A stretch of DNA of 64,000 bases from the NCBI GenBank assembly GCA_031409775.1, contig JANNXY010000042.1:165-64164 (forward strand). The letters run 5' to 3'. Positions 46,917 through 55,545 of the stretch are shown one piece after another. The notes beneath the pieces are model-generated. The model ran no database searches and was not told the DNA's origin. It saw nothing but the letters and a program-made list of their open reading frames with translations. Each line of letters starts with the position of its first letter. The stretch's first letter is position 1. The position numbers were made by a program, and so were the translations under genes. The stretch comes from a bacterium. GTDB taxonomy: Bacteria; Patescibacteriota; Minisyncoccia; Phycocordibacterales; CAIZIN01.

Positions 46917-47330
46917 GTGACTGATAACTGTCAAAAACCCAACTTTCTAGCTGGTTCCAACTTTCACTTACAATGTCCACACACGAAACCGCTTCGGCGG
47001 TTTTTATTGTGTGTGGGCCCAAGCAAAGCCTGGGTTGGCTTTGCGTCAGGACTCGAACGGCGGAGCGGGACCCAGATTAGCAAATCTGGGAGCGAGCCGG
47101 TGCCCAGACAAATCATTCGCGACGGCGAAAGATTTAGTCGAGGGAGAGATTCCTGTAGGGTCCACTGAACAGAAAAAACACCCACCGCTGGGTGTTTTCT
47201 CGTGTACGTTGAACGCGGAGCCATATTTTCAAGTACGGAAAATGGCGAGCCGGGGTCGAGGAATTCGTCAGCTGACGAGCTAGCGAATATCCGTGACCAC
47301 AAAATATTTGCAACAATTTCTGTATAAAGT
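46917..47330. ncRNA. GC-rich, highly structured non-coding region with two intrinsic-terminator-like hairpins (unclassified structured RNA candidate)
   Basis: Overlapping open frames on both strands and no credible protein. Nested hairpin CACACAC[AACCGC-TTCG-GCGGTT]TTTTT...GTGTGTG at 46977-47016. Further stems GCAAAGCC/GGCTTTGC and CCCAGAT/ATCTGGG. Hairpin AACACCCA-CCGC-TGGGTGTT (47177-47196) has an A6/T6 run on its minus-strand side. Perfect palindrome CGTCAGCTGACG at ~47258. Confidence 0.35.
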
Positions 47331-47348
47331 TACTATGAAGTTAGAAAT

Positions 47349-47546
47349 ATGCCCGAAGATCCTACTGATCCCAAGAAAATTAGCAATGCATCACTTAGAG
47401 TAAAGATGAGGGGCTGGAGCCCAGAGAAACGCGAAACGTACTTCCGCTTGGTAGCTGTGGTTCAAGTGCACTCCTTTGCGATTTCAGGAGTTAAGCTCGA
47501 CAAGGAGAAAACGCTGCAGAAAATCCGCCGAACATCTCAGAACTGA
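47349..47546 (+). CDS. hypothetical small basic protein (65 aa)
   Basis: Short ORF with no motifs, followed by a hairpin with a T-run at ~47530-47560. Confidence 0.2.
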   Translation: MPEDPTDPKKISNASLRVKMRGWSPEKRETYFRLVAVVQVHSFAISGVKLDKEKTLQKIRRTSQN

Positions 47547-47560
47547 GATCGGCTTTTTAT

Positions 47561-48442
47561 TTACGACAACCTACCCTTCTTCCTGAACTCTGCTCTGCTG
47601 TGCTCGATAGCCAGCTTCCAGAACTCGACAAGTGATGAACCGACACTATGCAACGACTCGAGTAGCGGACTACCCTGGTCCACTACAGGATGCGCGTGTA
47701 TGTCCTGCAGGTATACATGCTTGGGTGTAATGATAAAGTCGAACTGGGCTACATGGCCGAGTCCTAGGTCACTATGTAGGAGCCTCGCAGCGTCTTCTAT
47801 GTATTTCTTCTGAACACTATCGAGCTTGTGAACGATGTGGTACTTGTCCCCGACCTTCTCTACTACTGGAGTGACGTAGATATCTCTTCCACGGAAGCCA
47901 CGCAGGGTGCAGACATGCATAGTTCTGCCCTGTATGTGACGCTCGATATATGCATGACCGTGCTGTGCCATAGTGTCGCGTAGAGAACTAGCAAATACAT
48001 CGAAATCATACGCAAGGTTACCATTGGTTTTACTTGTCTTTATATTTACTGGTAGAAATACCTGCGAGTGTAGCTTGCTGAGCTCGCCCTGACTCAGATC
48101 ATGTCCACGTATATAGAATGTGTGTGGGGTGAGGATGTTGTGATCTTTGGCATGCTTCTTCCAGAGTACTTTGTGACCAGGGGCATTCCACATACTACGC
48201 TCTGAATACGGACTAACGAGTGGCATCTTGTGCCCCAGATGCGTAGGAACAGTATCGGTGAGCACTACCGCTACATCCCCATGATGAACAAAGAAATCAT
48301 CTGCAACTGTACTGCCCTGGAACAGATGTCCGCCCAGCGGGTTCTCTATCACATAAGTGACCTTGAAACCAGCGAGAGCGCTGATCACTTCTTGATCTCT
48401 CGGGCTACCGTCTCCTACTACTATAACTCTTTTAATTTCCAT
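47561..48442 (-). CDS. ATP-grasp family protein, D-alanine--D-alanine ligase-like
   Basis: C-terminal AQFDFIITPKHVYLQDIHAHPVV resembles the Ddl R.DF...yllEvNt.PG region. N-terminal VIVVGDGSPRDQEVISA resembles the Ddl GGxSxEHEVS region. The match is divergent, so this is a family-level call only. Confidence 0.45.
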   Translation of the reverse strand: MEIKRVIVVGDGSPRDQEVISALAGFKVTYVIENPLGGHLFQGSTVADDFFVHHGDVAVVLTDTVPTHLGHKMPLVSPYSERSMWNAPGHKVLWKKHAKDHNILTPHTFYIRGHDLSQGELSKLHSQVFLPVNIKTSKTNGNLAYDFDVFASSLRDTMAQHGHAYIERHIQGRTMHVCTLRGFRGRDIYVTPVVEKVGDKYHIVHKLDSVQKKYIEDAARLLHSDLGLGHVAQFDFIITPKHVYLQDIHAHPVVDQGSPLLESLHSVGSSLVEFWKLAIEHSRAEFRKKGRLS

Positions 48443-48451
48443 GTAGGATTA

Positions 48452-49714
48452 TTATAACAGGAATCTTTTTGCACGTCTCTGTCTATGGAATGTTATCGCG
48501 TATCTGTGACACTCTGCATTGAGCTTGATGATGTCTGTGTTGTATTTATCTACCACATCCGTATCACCAATTATCGCACGAGCTTTGTGTCTGTCATCTT
48601 TAACAACACTTAACACTTTTATTTTTTCAGCTAAACCCTTTTCTGATATAATTTTATCTGCGGCGTTTTTCTGGGCATCTCCGCCATCTACTACGAGTAT
48701 ATCTGGTAGTCTCCACTCTGGATGGTTGAGCCTCCGTGAGAGAGTTTCTGTGAGTGCACCGGTGTCGTTGCTCGATGTGTAGTTTCTTATGATAAATTTC
48801 CTATACTCTGCACGTACGAATTCCCCATCCTGCATCACCACCATGACCCCCACCATATCTGTACCAGACATATGTGCGATGTCGTATGCTTCTAATCGAA
48901 GACTGGGCTCTAGGTTAGAGCTATTAGCTTTCAGTGGAGACTCATACTTTATGAGGGATACATCGCGTATATGCTCGAGTGCAAATATCTGGTTACGAAT
49001 AGTTCTAGCTAGTTCGAACTCTTCTGCTTTCGCGGCAGATTTCATCTCTGTATTCAGACTTGCTAGCAACTTCTTTTTCTTGCCTTGGAAAAACAGTGAT
49101 ATGTTACGAATAGTTCGAGAATATTCTTTCTTTGTAATTACACCTGCACATACACCAGGGCATTTGCCTATCATGTAGTTGAAGCATGGACGTTTTGCGA
49201 GTACACCTGGACATTTCTCGTCTCGATAAGGAAAGATCCTTCGGATAATCTTCAGGGCTTCCTTGATAGACCGGGACTCTGGGTATGGACCGAAGCTAGC
49301 TTTTAGCTGATAGCTTACAGCTTCTAGATCTTTCTTCCTTACGAGCTTTATCACTGGGAAATCTTCGTCTGTTATCACTACACAGTAGAAGCTCTTGTCA
49401 TCTTTCTCTTTAGTATTGAATTCTGGTTTGAATTTGCGGATCAGATCCGCCTCGAGTATGAGCGCCTCGAGTACAGAGTCGGTGGGTTGATGATCTATTG
49501 ACTTGGCTTCGAGCATCATGTTCACGAGTAGCTGACCGCGAGTGGTTATGAGGTCTTTACCAAAGTAGCTCCTCACTCTATCACGCAGGCTTGTCGCCTT
49601 GCCAATGTATAGAATTTTCTTGTTGCGTCCAAGGAAAAAGTACACCCCCGGAGTATCAGGGAGTTTTTTGAGCTTATTTATTAACGCTTTGCTGTGTGTT
49701 TGACTATTCATCAA
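48452..49714 (-). CDS. uvrC: excinuclease ABC subunit C, short form (GIY-YIG + UVR + RNase-H-like endonuclease domains; no C-terminal HhH2)
   Basis: GIY-YIG motif GVYFFLGRNKKILYIGKATSLRDRVRSYF. A UVR-like segment around ELARTIRNQIFALEHI. C-terminal endonuclease region YDIAHMSG; 420 aa. Confidence 0.8.
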   Translation of the reverse strand: MMNSQTHSKALINKLKKLPDTPGVYFFLGRNKKILYIGKATSLRDRVRSYFGKDLITTRGQLLVNMMLEAKSIDHQPTDSVLEALILEADLIRKFKPEFNTKEKDDKSFYCVVITDEDFPVIKLVRKKDLEAVSYQLKASFGPYPESRSIKEALKIIRRIFPYRDEKCPGVLAKRPCFNYMIGKCPGVCAGVITKKEYSRTIRNISLFFQGKKKKLLASLNTEMKSAAKAEEFELARTIRNQIFALEHIRDVSLIKYESPLKANSSNLEPSLRLEAYDIAHMSGTDMVGVMVVMQDGEFVRAEYRKFIIRNYTSSNDTGALTETLSRRLNHPEWRLPDILVVDGGDAQKNAADKIISEKGLAEKIKVLSVVKDDRHKARAIIGDTDVVDKYNTDIIKLNAECHRYAITFHRQRRAKRFLL

Positions 49715-49967
49715 ATGTATTATATACTATATTCATGATAATTCCAACTCAGTTACCTACCGTCGCTCCAGAAATCCAGTTTGCAGGAATGATCAAGATA
49801 GGTGCGAGAGATGCGCTTCGAGATCCCAGCATTATGGGTACCCGTCTGCATCCAGCAACAGTTCTTTCTTTGGCAGAATCTGCAGGGATAAACATTGATC
49901 AAGAGGTCACTAACTTTCTTGCACAAGTACATCAAAAAGCTTTAGTAGCTTAGGGAATATTCCCTTT

Positions 49968-52556
49968 TTATTTAAGTATCTTCTTCAGGTATTTGCCTGT
50001 ATAACTCTTGGGATTGTTGGCAACTTCTTCGGGGGTACCCTTGGCCACCAGTGAGCCACCATTTATACCTCCTTCGGGTCCAATATCGATAACATAGTCA
50101 CATGACTTGATCACGTCAAGGTTATGCTCGATCACGAGAACCGAGTTCCCCTTCTTGACCAGCCTCTCTAGGATCTCGATCAGCTTCCTCACATCCTCGT
50201 AATGTAGACCGATGGTCGGCTCGTCTAGTATATATAGAGTCTTCTCGACATGTGACCTGTACAGCTCCGAGGAAATCTTTACCCTCTGAGCTTCTCCTCC
50301 AGATAAAGTGGTTGCAGACTGACCGAGCTTGAGATACCCGAGCCCTACATCGAGTAGTGTATCGATGCGATCAGATATAGCAGGGATATCTTTGAAAAAT
50401 TCTACGGATTCCTCAACTGTCATCTGGAGTACATCGTAGATGCTCTTTTTCTTGTATTTCACCTCTAGGGTTTCTTTCATAAACCTCTTGCCACCACATA
50501 GGTCACAAGTCACGTAGACAGTTGGTAAGAAATGCATCTCGACTTCTATAACACCATTACCCTGACACGCTTCACAACGGCCACCTTTAACATTGAATGA
50601 GAACCTACCTGGACCCCAACCACGTACCCTGGCGTCTTCGCTCGCAGCAAATAGATCCCTGATATGGGTAAATGCTCCTGTGTATGTCGCAGGGTTAGAC
50701 CGAGGTGTCCTACCGATCGGACTCTGGTCAATGAGTATTGACCTGGAAATGTATTCGGAGCTGAACGCTGTACAGTTAAATACCTCTGCCGTCCTATGCC
50801 TACGCTCGAGTTTCGCCTGCAGATTCTTGTACAGAATTTCATAAACGAAAGAAGACTTGCCCGAGCCGGAGACCCCTGTGACAGCTACGAGCCTACCGAG
50901 CGGTATGTCTACATTCAAATTTTTAATATTAAATACTTTACCACCAGCGATCTTTATCTTGCCTTTATCCTGAGTACGGCGCTCATCAGGTACTTCTATC
51001 TCCTTCTCGCCACGTAGATACGATAATGTGAGCGAGCCGGAAGTATTTTTCTTTGCTGTTAGCAAGTCTTCGAGCCAACCCTGTACCACCACATTGCCAC
51101 CATGCACACCCGCACCTGGTCCAATGTCTATAATATAATCCGACGCATACATAGTGTCCTCGTCGTGCTCGACTACGATGATGGTGTTACCCATGTCTCG
51201 CAGATGTGTGAGAGTCTTGATCAGTCTATCATTGTCGCGCTGATGCAGACCTATAGTAGGCTCATCTAGCACATATAGCGCTCCGACGAGTCCCGAACCT
51301 AGCTGTGATGCCAACCTGATGCGTTGTGCCTCTCCACCAGAGAGCGTGTTGGCTCGCCTGTCTAGAGTCAGATACTCTATACCCACATTCTCCATGAACT
51401 CTAGACGATTCATTATCTCCTTTACGATTACTTTGGAAATCTCGCGCTCCTGTGGGTTTAGTTTTAATTCTAGGAAGAAATTCTGCGCATCTGCAATCGA
51501 TAATGCAGTAATGTTCACAATGTTTTTCTTGTCACCCATGTACACATGCAGAGCTTCTGGACGGAGTCGCGCTCCCATACAAACTGGACATGACTCGTGG
51601 GTAAAGAATTCCTTGGTACCCAACCCATTGCATTCTGGGCATGCTCCGTATGGTGAGTTAAATGAAAACAATCTAGGCTCGATCTCTGGATAAGAAAACC
51701 CATCATATGGGCACATAAATTTGGACGAGATGAGTTTGGACTCATTTCCTGATACGACTCTGATCAGACCATCAGACTCATGGAGCGCACGCTCTATAGA
51801 CTCTGACAAACGCTCTTTGTAGCCGACTTTTTTCTGTCTTATTTCTGATATATAGAACTCATCAACAAGCACATCGATATCGTGCTTCTTGTTCTTGCTT
51901 AGAACTATCTGCTCGCGGAGGTTCATCACCTTGCCATCTACCATGACCTTCTCGAAGCCTTTGCCCAGTAGGTCATAAAGCATTTGATAGTATTCACCCT
52001 TCCTCCCGACAACTAGCGGAGCAAATATTGAAACCTTCATATCGTCGAGCGATACCCCCATCACAGTTTTACTTGATACTTTTAGACCTTCTACTGTATG
52101 CACAATAGTCTCAAATATCTGCTCATTGGTGAGCTTTTTTATTTCTCTACCGCATTCTAGACAATGCGGGGTACCAATCCTCGCAAATAATATTCGCAAA
52201 TAATCGTATATTTCTGTAATAGTTGCAACAGTTGAGCGAGGGTTGTTGGAGCGTGATTTCTGGTCGATTGATATAGCTGGTGATAGGCCAGAAATCTCGT
52301 CTACATCAGGCTTCTGCATTGTATTTAGGAATTGTCTAGCATACGCAGAGAGTGACTCGACATAGCGTCTCTGACCCTCGGCAAATATAGTATCGAATGC
52401 GAGCGAGGATTTACCTGAGCCAGATAAGCCAGTTATCGCGATCATTTTGTTGCGAGGCATCTCTACTGTGATATTCTTTAGGTTATGCGTCCGAGCACCC
52501 TTTACAACAATGGATTCAGCTGGACCAAGTTTGGGATTAGTCTTCTTTTCTTTCAA
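49968..52556 (-). CDS. uvrA: excinuclease ABC subunit A
   Basis: Two ABC ATPase modules (GLSGSGKSSLAFDTIFAEGQRRYVESLSAYARQFL; GVSGSGKSS) and Zn-finger CxxC pairs; 862 aa. Confidence 0.95.
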   Translation of the reverse strand: MKEKKTNPKLGPAESIVVKGARTHNLKNITVEMPRNKMIAITGLSGSGKSSLAFDTIFAEGQRRYVESLSAYARQFLNTMQKPDVDEISGLSPAISIDQKSRSNNPRSTVATITEIYDYLRILFARIGTPHCLECGREIKKLTNEQIFETIVHTVEGLKVSSKTVMGVSLDDMKVSIFAPLVVGRKGEYYQMLYDLLGKGFEKVMVDGKVMNLREQIVLSKNKKHDIDVLVDEFYISEIRQKKVGYKERLSESIERALHESDGLIRVVSGNESKLISSKFMCPYDGFSYPEIEPRLFSFNSPYGACPECNGLGTKEFFTHESCPVCMGARLRPEALHVYMGDKKNIVNITALSIADAQNFFLELKLNPQEREISKVIVKEIMNRLEFMENVGIEYLTLDRRANTLSGGEAQRIRLASQLGSGLVGALYVLDEPTIGLHQRDNDRLIKTLTHLRDMGNTIIVVEHDEDTMYASDYIIDIGPGAGVHGGNVVVQGWLEDLLTAKKNTSGSLTLSYLRGEKEIEVPDERRTQDKGKIKIAGGKVFNIKNLNVDIPLGRLVAVTGVSGSGKSSFVYEILYKNLQAKLERRHRTAEVFNCTAFSSEYISRSILIDQSPIGRTPRSNPATYTGAFTHIRDLFAASEDARVRGWGPGRFSFNVKGGRCEACQGNGVIEVEMHFLPTVYVTCDLCGGKRFMKETLEVKYKKKSIYDVLQMTVEESVEFFKDIPAISDRIDTLLDVGLGYLKLGQSATTLSGGEAQRVKISSELYRSHVEKTLYILDEPTIGLHYEDVRKLIEILERLVKKGNSVLVIEHNLDVIKSCDYVIDIGPEGGINGGSLVAKGTPEEVANNPKSYTGKYLKKILK

Positions 52557-52571
52557 AGTCTAGAAATAGTA

Positions 52572-53390
52572 CTATACCGAAGGCTTCTTGGCCAGAGCTT
52601 TAATTTCTTCGAAAATTCTGTCGAGCCCTACAAGTGCTTTGACAAAGAATTTGCTTGCTCCGAGCTTGAAACATTTTTCCATATCGTTTCTTTGGTCTAG
52701 ATTAGACAATACTATTACTGGAATCGGCTTAGTTCTTTCATTTGCTTTTATCTTTTCTAGGATTTCGAATCCACTCGCCCCTGGCAATACTAGATCTAGA
52801 ATAATAGCATCATACATCGATTTCTCGAGAAATACATAAGCTTCCTCGCCACTTTTAGCCAAGGAATAATTGGCACCAGTTGCAGCCAGCTTACGACTTA
52901 CAATAGATGCTAGAAACATATCGTCTTCTACCCACAATACAGATGTACCTTTGAGATTTACACCTTCAGATGCAACCCCTTCGACATCGATAATACTCTC
53001 AGTTGATGAAGTAGGATTCGATGCCTTGCCTAGAACTTTGTTTACACTTTCAAATACTTCCTCTGGAGTAATATTCGCCTTGATGAGCCTGTCTGATACG
53101 CTCAACTTGTCTAATCTATCAGACTGAACAAGTTGACCAGAGTTGGATATGAGTATTACTGGAATTTTGAGCAGCTCGCTATCTTTGGCCCTGGCCTCTA
53201 GAACTTGATAGCCATCCATTGACGGGATTTCGAGATCGAGCAATACGACGTCAGGTGACATCATTGTCATCTCTGACAGTCCTACTGCCCCATCCCTGAC
53301 CCAGCCCACATCGAATCCTTTGAGTTGAAAGAATTTCTCTAGTATTTTGCCCATATTTTCGTCATCTTCAATAATTAGAATTTTCGTCAT
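52572..53390 (-). CDS. response regulator with two tandem receiver (REC) domains and no output domain
   Basis: REC1 (ILIIEDDENMGK...VVLLDLEIPSMDG...) and REC2 (VLWVEDDMFLAS...AIILDLVLPGASG...), each with the conserved Asp and Lys. Confidence 0.8.
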   Translation of the reverse strand: MTKILIIEDDENMGKILEKFFQLKGFDVGWVRDGAVGLSEMTMMSPDVVLLDLEIPSMDGYQVLEARAKDSELLKIPVILISNSGQLVQSDRLDKLSVSDRLIKANITPEEVFESVNKVLGKASNPTSSTESIIDVEGVASEGVNLKGTSVLWVEDDMFLASIVSRKLAATGANYSLAKSGEEAYVFLEKSMYDAIILDLVLPGASGFEILEKIKANERTKPIPVIVLSNLDQRNDMEKCFKLGASKFFVKALVGLDRIFEEIKALAKKPSV

Positions 53391-53399
53391 GTTATGTTG

Positions 53400-54374
53400 T
53401 TATCCTGATTTTGGTAAACTAAATGTAAACACTGAACCTTTGCCCTCCTCTGACTCGAACCCTACGGTTCCTCCGTGTTTCTCTATTATACTTTTAACTA
53501 TAAATAAACCCAAGCCCGAACCATTGGCAACTTCCTTGGAAGCGTTTCTAGCTCTGTAGAATTTGCTAAATATGTATGCCTGCTGGTCTTTGGGTATACC
53601 TATCCCCGTATCTCTAACGCTTACATTTACGTTGTTGTGCTCTTCGTATACTTGGATTGTAATACTACCATTGTCTGGTGTATATTTTACAGCATTCTCT
53701 AGCAAGTTTTGGATTACCCCACGAATTTTTTCCTTGTCAGCAAATGTATTACATATATCCCCACTACATCCAGCATAGTGCAAATTAATCTTCTTTAAAT
53801 CTGCTGCCGGCTTCACTTCATATGTGACATCATCTATCAACTCACCGATATTGACAGCAACCTTCATCAAATCGTTTCTACCATTATCCAACTTGTCTGC
53901 GAGCAACATTCCTTCTACAAGTGATATCAAGTGATTATTACTCTCCTCTCCTCTGCGCAGAAATTCCTCTTGGTCCAAGTTCAGCGGACCAAGTTCCTTT
54001 TTTAGTAGCATTAGTAACATCCACTTCATCGCAGATAGTGGTGTCCTCATCTGATGAGCGATAATAGAGATGAATTCGGACTTCTGATTATCAATCATTC
54101 GTAACTTGTCATTGGCCTTCATGAGTTCTAGATCCCTCTTTATGAGTAGTTTAGACGATTCATCTTGTTCTTTGATCAACCCTGTGAGCTTGAGTCTCTG
54201 ATCTACGCCGAAACTCACGATCTTTTTAAAGAATGCTACTAGAAATACAATATTGATGAGAAGTAGGTAGCTCGTATATATGAGTTCGACTTCCTCATGT
54301 GTGAGCTTCACAGCAAGTATAATACCTACTGAAATCAAAAGCTCTGTAATTATAAGAAATGGTATGGTCCACAT
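53400..54374 (-). CDS. sensor histidine kinase (HisKA + HATPase_c) with two N-terminal TM helices
   Basis: H-box IAHQMRTPLSAMKWML; N box (LLENAVKYTP), G1 (VRDTGIGIP) and G2 (GSGLGLFIVKS). Confidence 0.85.
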   Translation of the reverse strand: MWTIPFLIITELLISVGIILAVKLTHEEVELIYTSYLLLINIVFLVAFFKKIVSFGVDQRLKLTGLIKEQDESSKLLIKRDLELMKANDKLRMIDNQKSEFISIIAHQMRTPLSAMKWMLLMLLKKELGPLNLDQEEFLRRGEESNNHLISLVEGMLLADKLDNGRNDLMKVAVNIGELIDDVTYEVKPAADLKKINLHYAGCSGDICNTFADKEKIRGVIQNLLENAVKYTPDNGSITIQVYEEHNNVNVSVRDTGIGIPKDQQAYIFSKFYRARNASKEVANGSGLGLFIVKSIIEKHGGTVGFESEEGKGSVFTFSLPKSG

Positions 54375-54377
54375 AAA

Positions 54378-55538
54378 TTATTCTGCCAGAATTAATATTA
54401 CCACAGTTTCGTTGTGAAATTCAGATCTGCATTGCTCGCCATAAGTGTAGAATCCGATCATGGGGACGTCGGGGCTTATTACACTCTGAATCTTCTTTAT
54501 TTCTTCGCTAGATCTCTCACCGAACAATTTGCGACGAGCTATACAACTAAATAGAATAACAGCCCTAGGTATAGATCCTCTGATCTGTGTCATGGCACCA
54601 ACTGCAGCTTCACCAGCTGCGTTTATCGCTTCATCGAAGCTACCTATCATTATCTGTATATCGACACCCTCGGGGACTTCGGCTACACAAGTTATGGAGC
54701 CACTGGGATCAACTGTCAGAGGATCTCTAATCAGCATTTCGTTGTTCGAAGGATTCTTTATCCCCAATGGATACATGATTGCCAGTCTGGCTAGCTTCTC
54801 TTTCTCGATGTCCACTGCTTCTTTGCCGAAATAGTCTTTATAGATATTTATAGCCGGCTTGCCATCTAGCTCATGTATTATTGAACCCTCGGCCCTAGTT
54901 ACCTTGCGAGGGGTTCCAATAGGGATCCAGCCATGTCGCACACCGATGCCAGCCTTGATCGGGCCAGATATGGCTAGGGCGACCACTGATCCTGTGTAGA
55001 CCTTGCCATTTAAGTATTGATAAGTTTTTTCAAACACTAGCCCATCCCCAGCTGTCCCACCAACTATCGGGAAGTTGTCTCCGAGCACACTAGCTATACC
55101 TCTCACTATCTCGGCCCCGTTCCCAGTAAATGCATCTGGGAACATCATGAACACATCTGGATTTCCAGATATCTGATCTACAATAGATTTCGCAACACTT
55201 TCTCCGGCTTTGCGCGCACCATCGGTGATATTGCTTCCTATCGCTGAATAGAATTTAAGGTTATCGGAATATAACGCCATCACTGCAATAGAATCCCTGT
55301 TCGATGGGCCCTCAGTCGTGATCTCTCCTGCTGTAGAGCATCCAATAATAGTTGAATCAGGACCTACGATAGACACGATTCCCTCCAGGAGCTTCTCCTG
55401 ATCATAAGACACATAGGCAAAAACAATATAAGCACTCGCTTTGCTTTCTTTGATTGATAAAAGTGCTTGTCTGGCGGCATTTGCTCCTTCGATGAAAGCA
55501 TCCGTGCCAGCACTAGATCCTACTCCTGCTTTTAACAT
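54378..55538 (-). CDS. FIST (FIST_N/FIST_C) sensory domain protein
   Basis: 386 aa; sequence pattern typical of FIST-domain proteins. Directly upstream of the kinase and regulator. Confidence 0.6.
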   Translation of the reverse strand: MLKAGVGSSAGTDAFIEGANAARQALLSIKESKASAYIVFAYVSYDQEKLLEGIVSIVGPDSTIIGCSTAGEITTEGPSNRDSIAVMALYSDNLKFYSAIGSNITDGARKAGESVAKSIVDQISGNPDVFMMFPDAFTGNGAEIVRGIASVLGDNFPIVGGTAGDGLVFEKTYQYLNGKVYTGSVVALAISGPIKAGIGVRHGWIPIGTPRKVTRAEGSIIHELDGKPAINIYKDYFGKEAVDIEKEKLARLAIMYPLGIKNPSNNEMLIRDPLTVDPSGSITCVAEVPEGVDIQIMIGSFDEAINAAGEAAVGAMTQIRGSIPRAVILFSCIARRKLFGERSSEEIKKIQSVISPDVPMIGFYTYGEQCRSEFHNETVVILILAE

Positions 55539-55545
55539 GAAGATA

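Noticed and set aside
47040-47075. Possible tRNA/tmRNA T-arm (GTTCGAGTCC on the minus strand)
   Set aside because: The nucleotides flanking the putative T-loop do not form the required 5-bp stem. No acceptor stem, anticodon arm or CCA-adjacent pairing could be built. No tmRNA tag-peptide frame ending in a hydrophobic LAA-like tail was found.
46917-47302. ORFs of 83-112 aa on both strands within the GC-rich block (46917..47168 +, 46964..47302 -, 47011..47283 +)
   Set aside because: They overlap each other in different frames and strands and have no motifs. They are the kind of open frames expected by chance in GC-rich non-coding DNA, so the region is treated as a structured RNA candidate instead.
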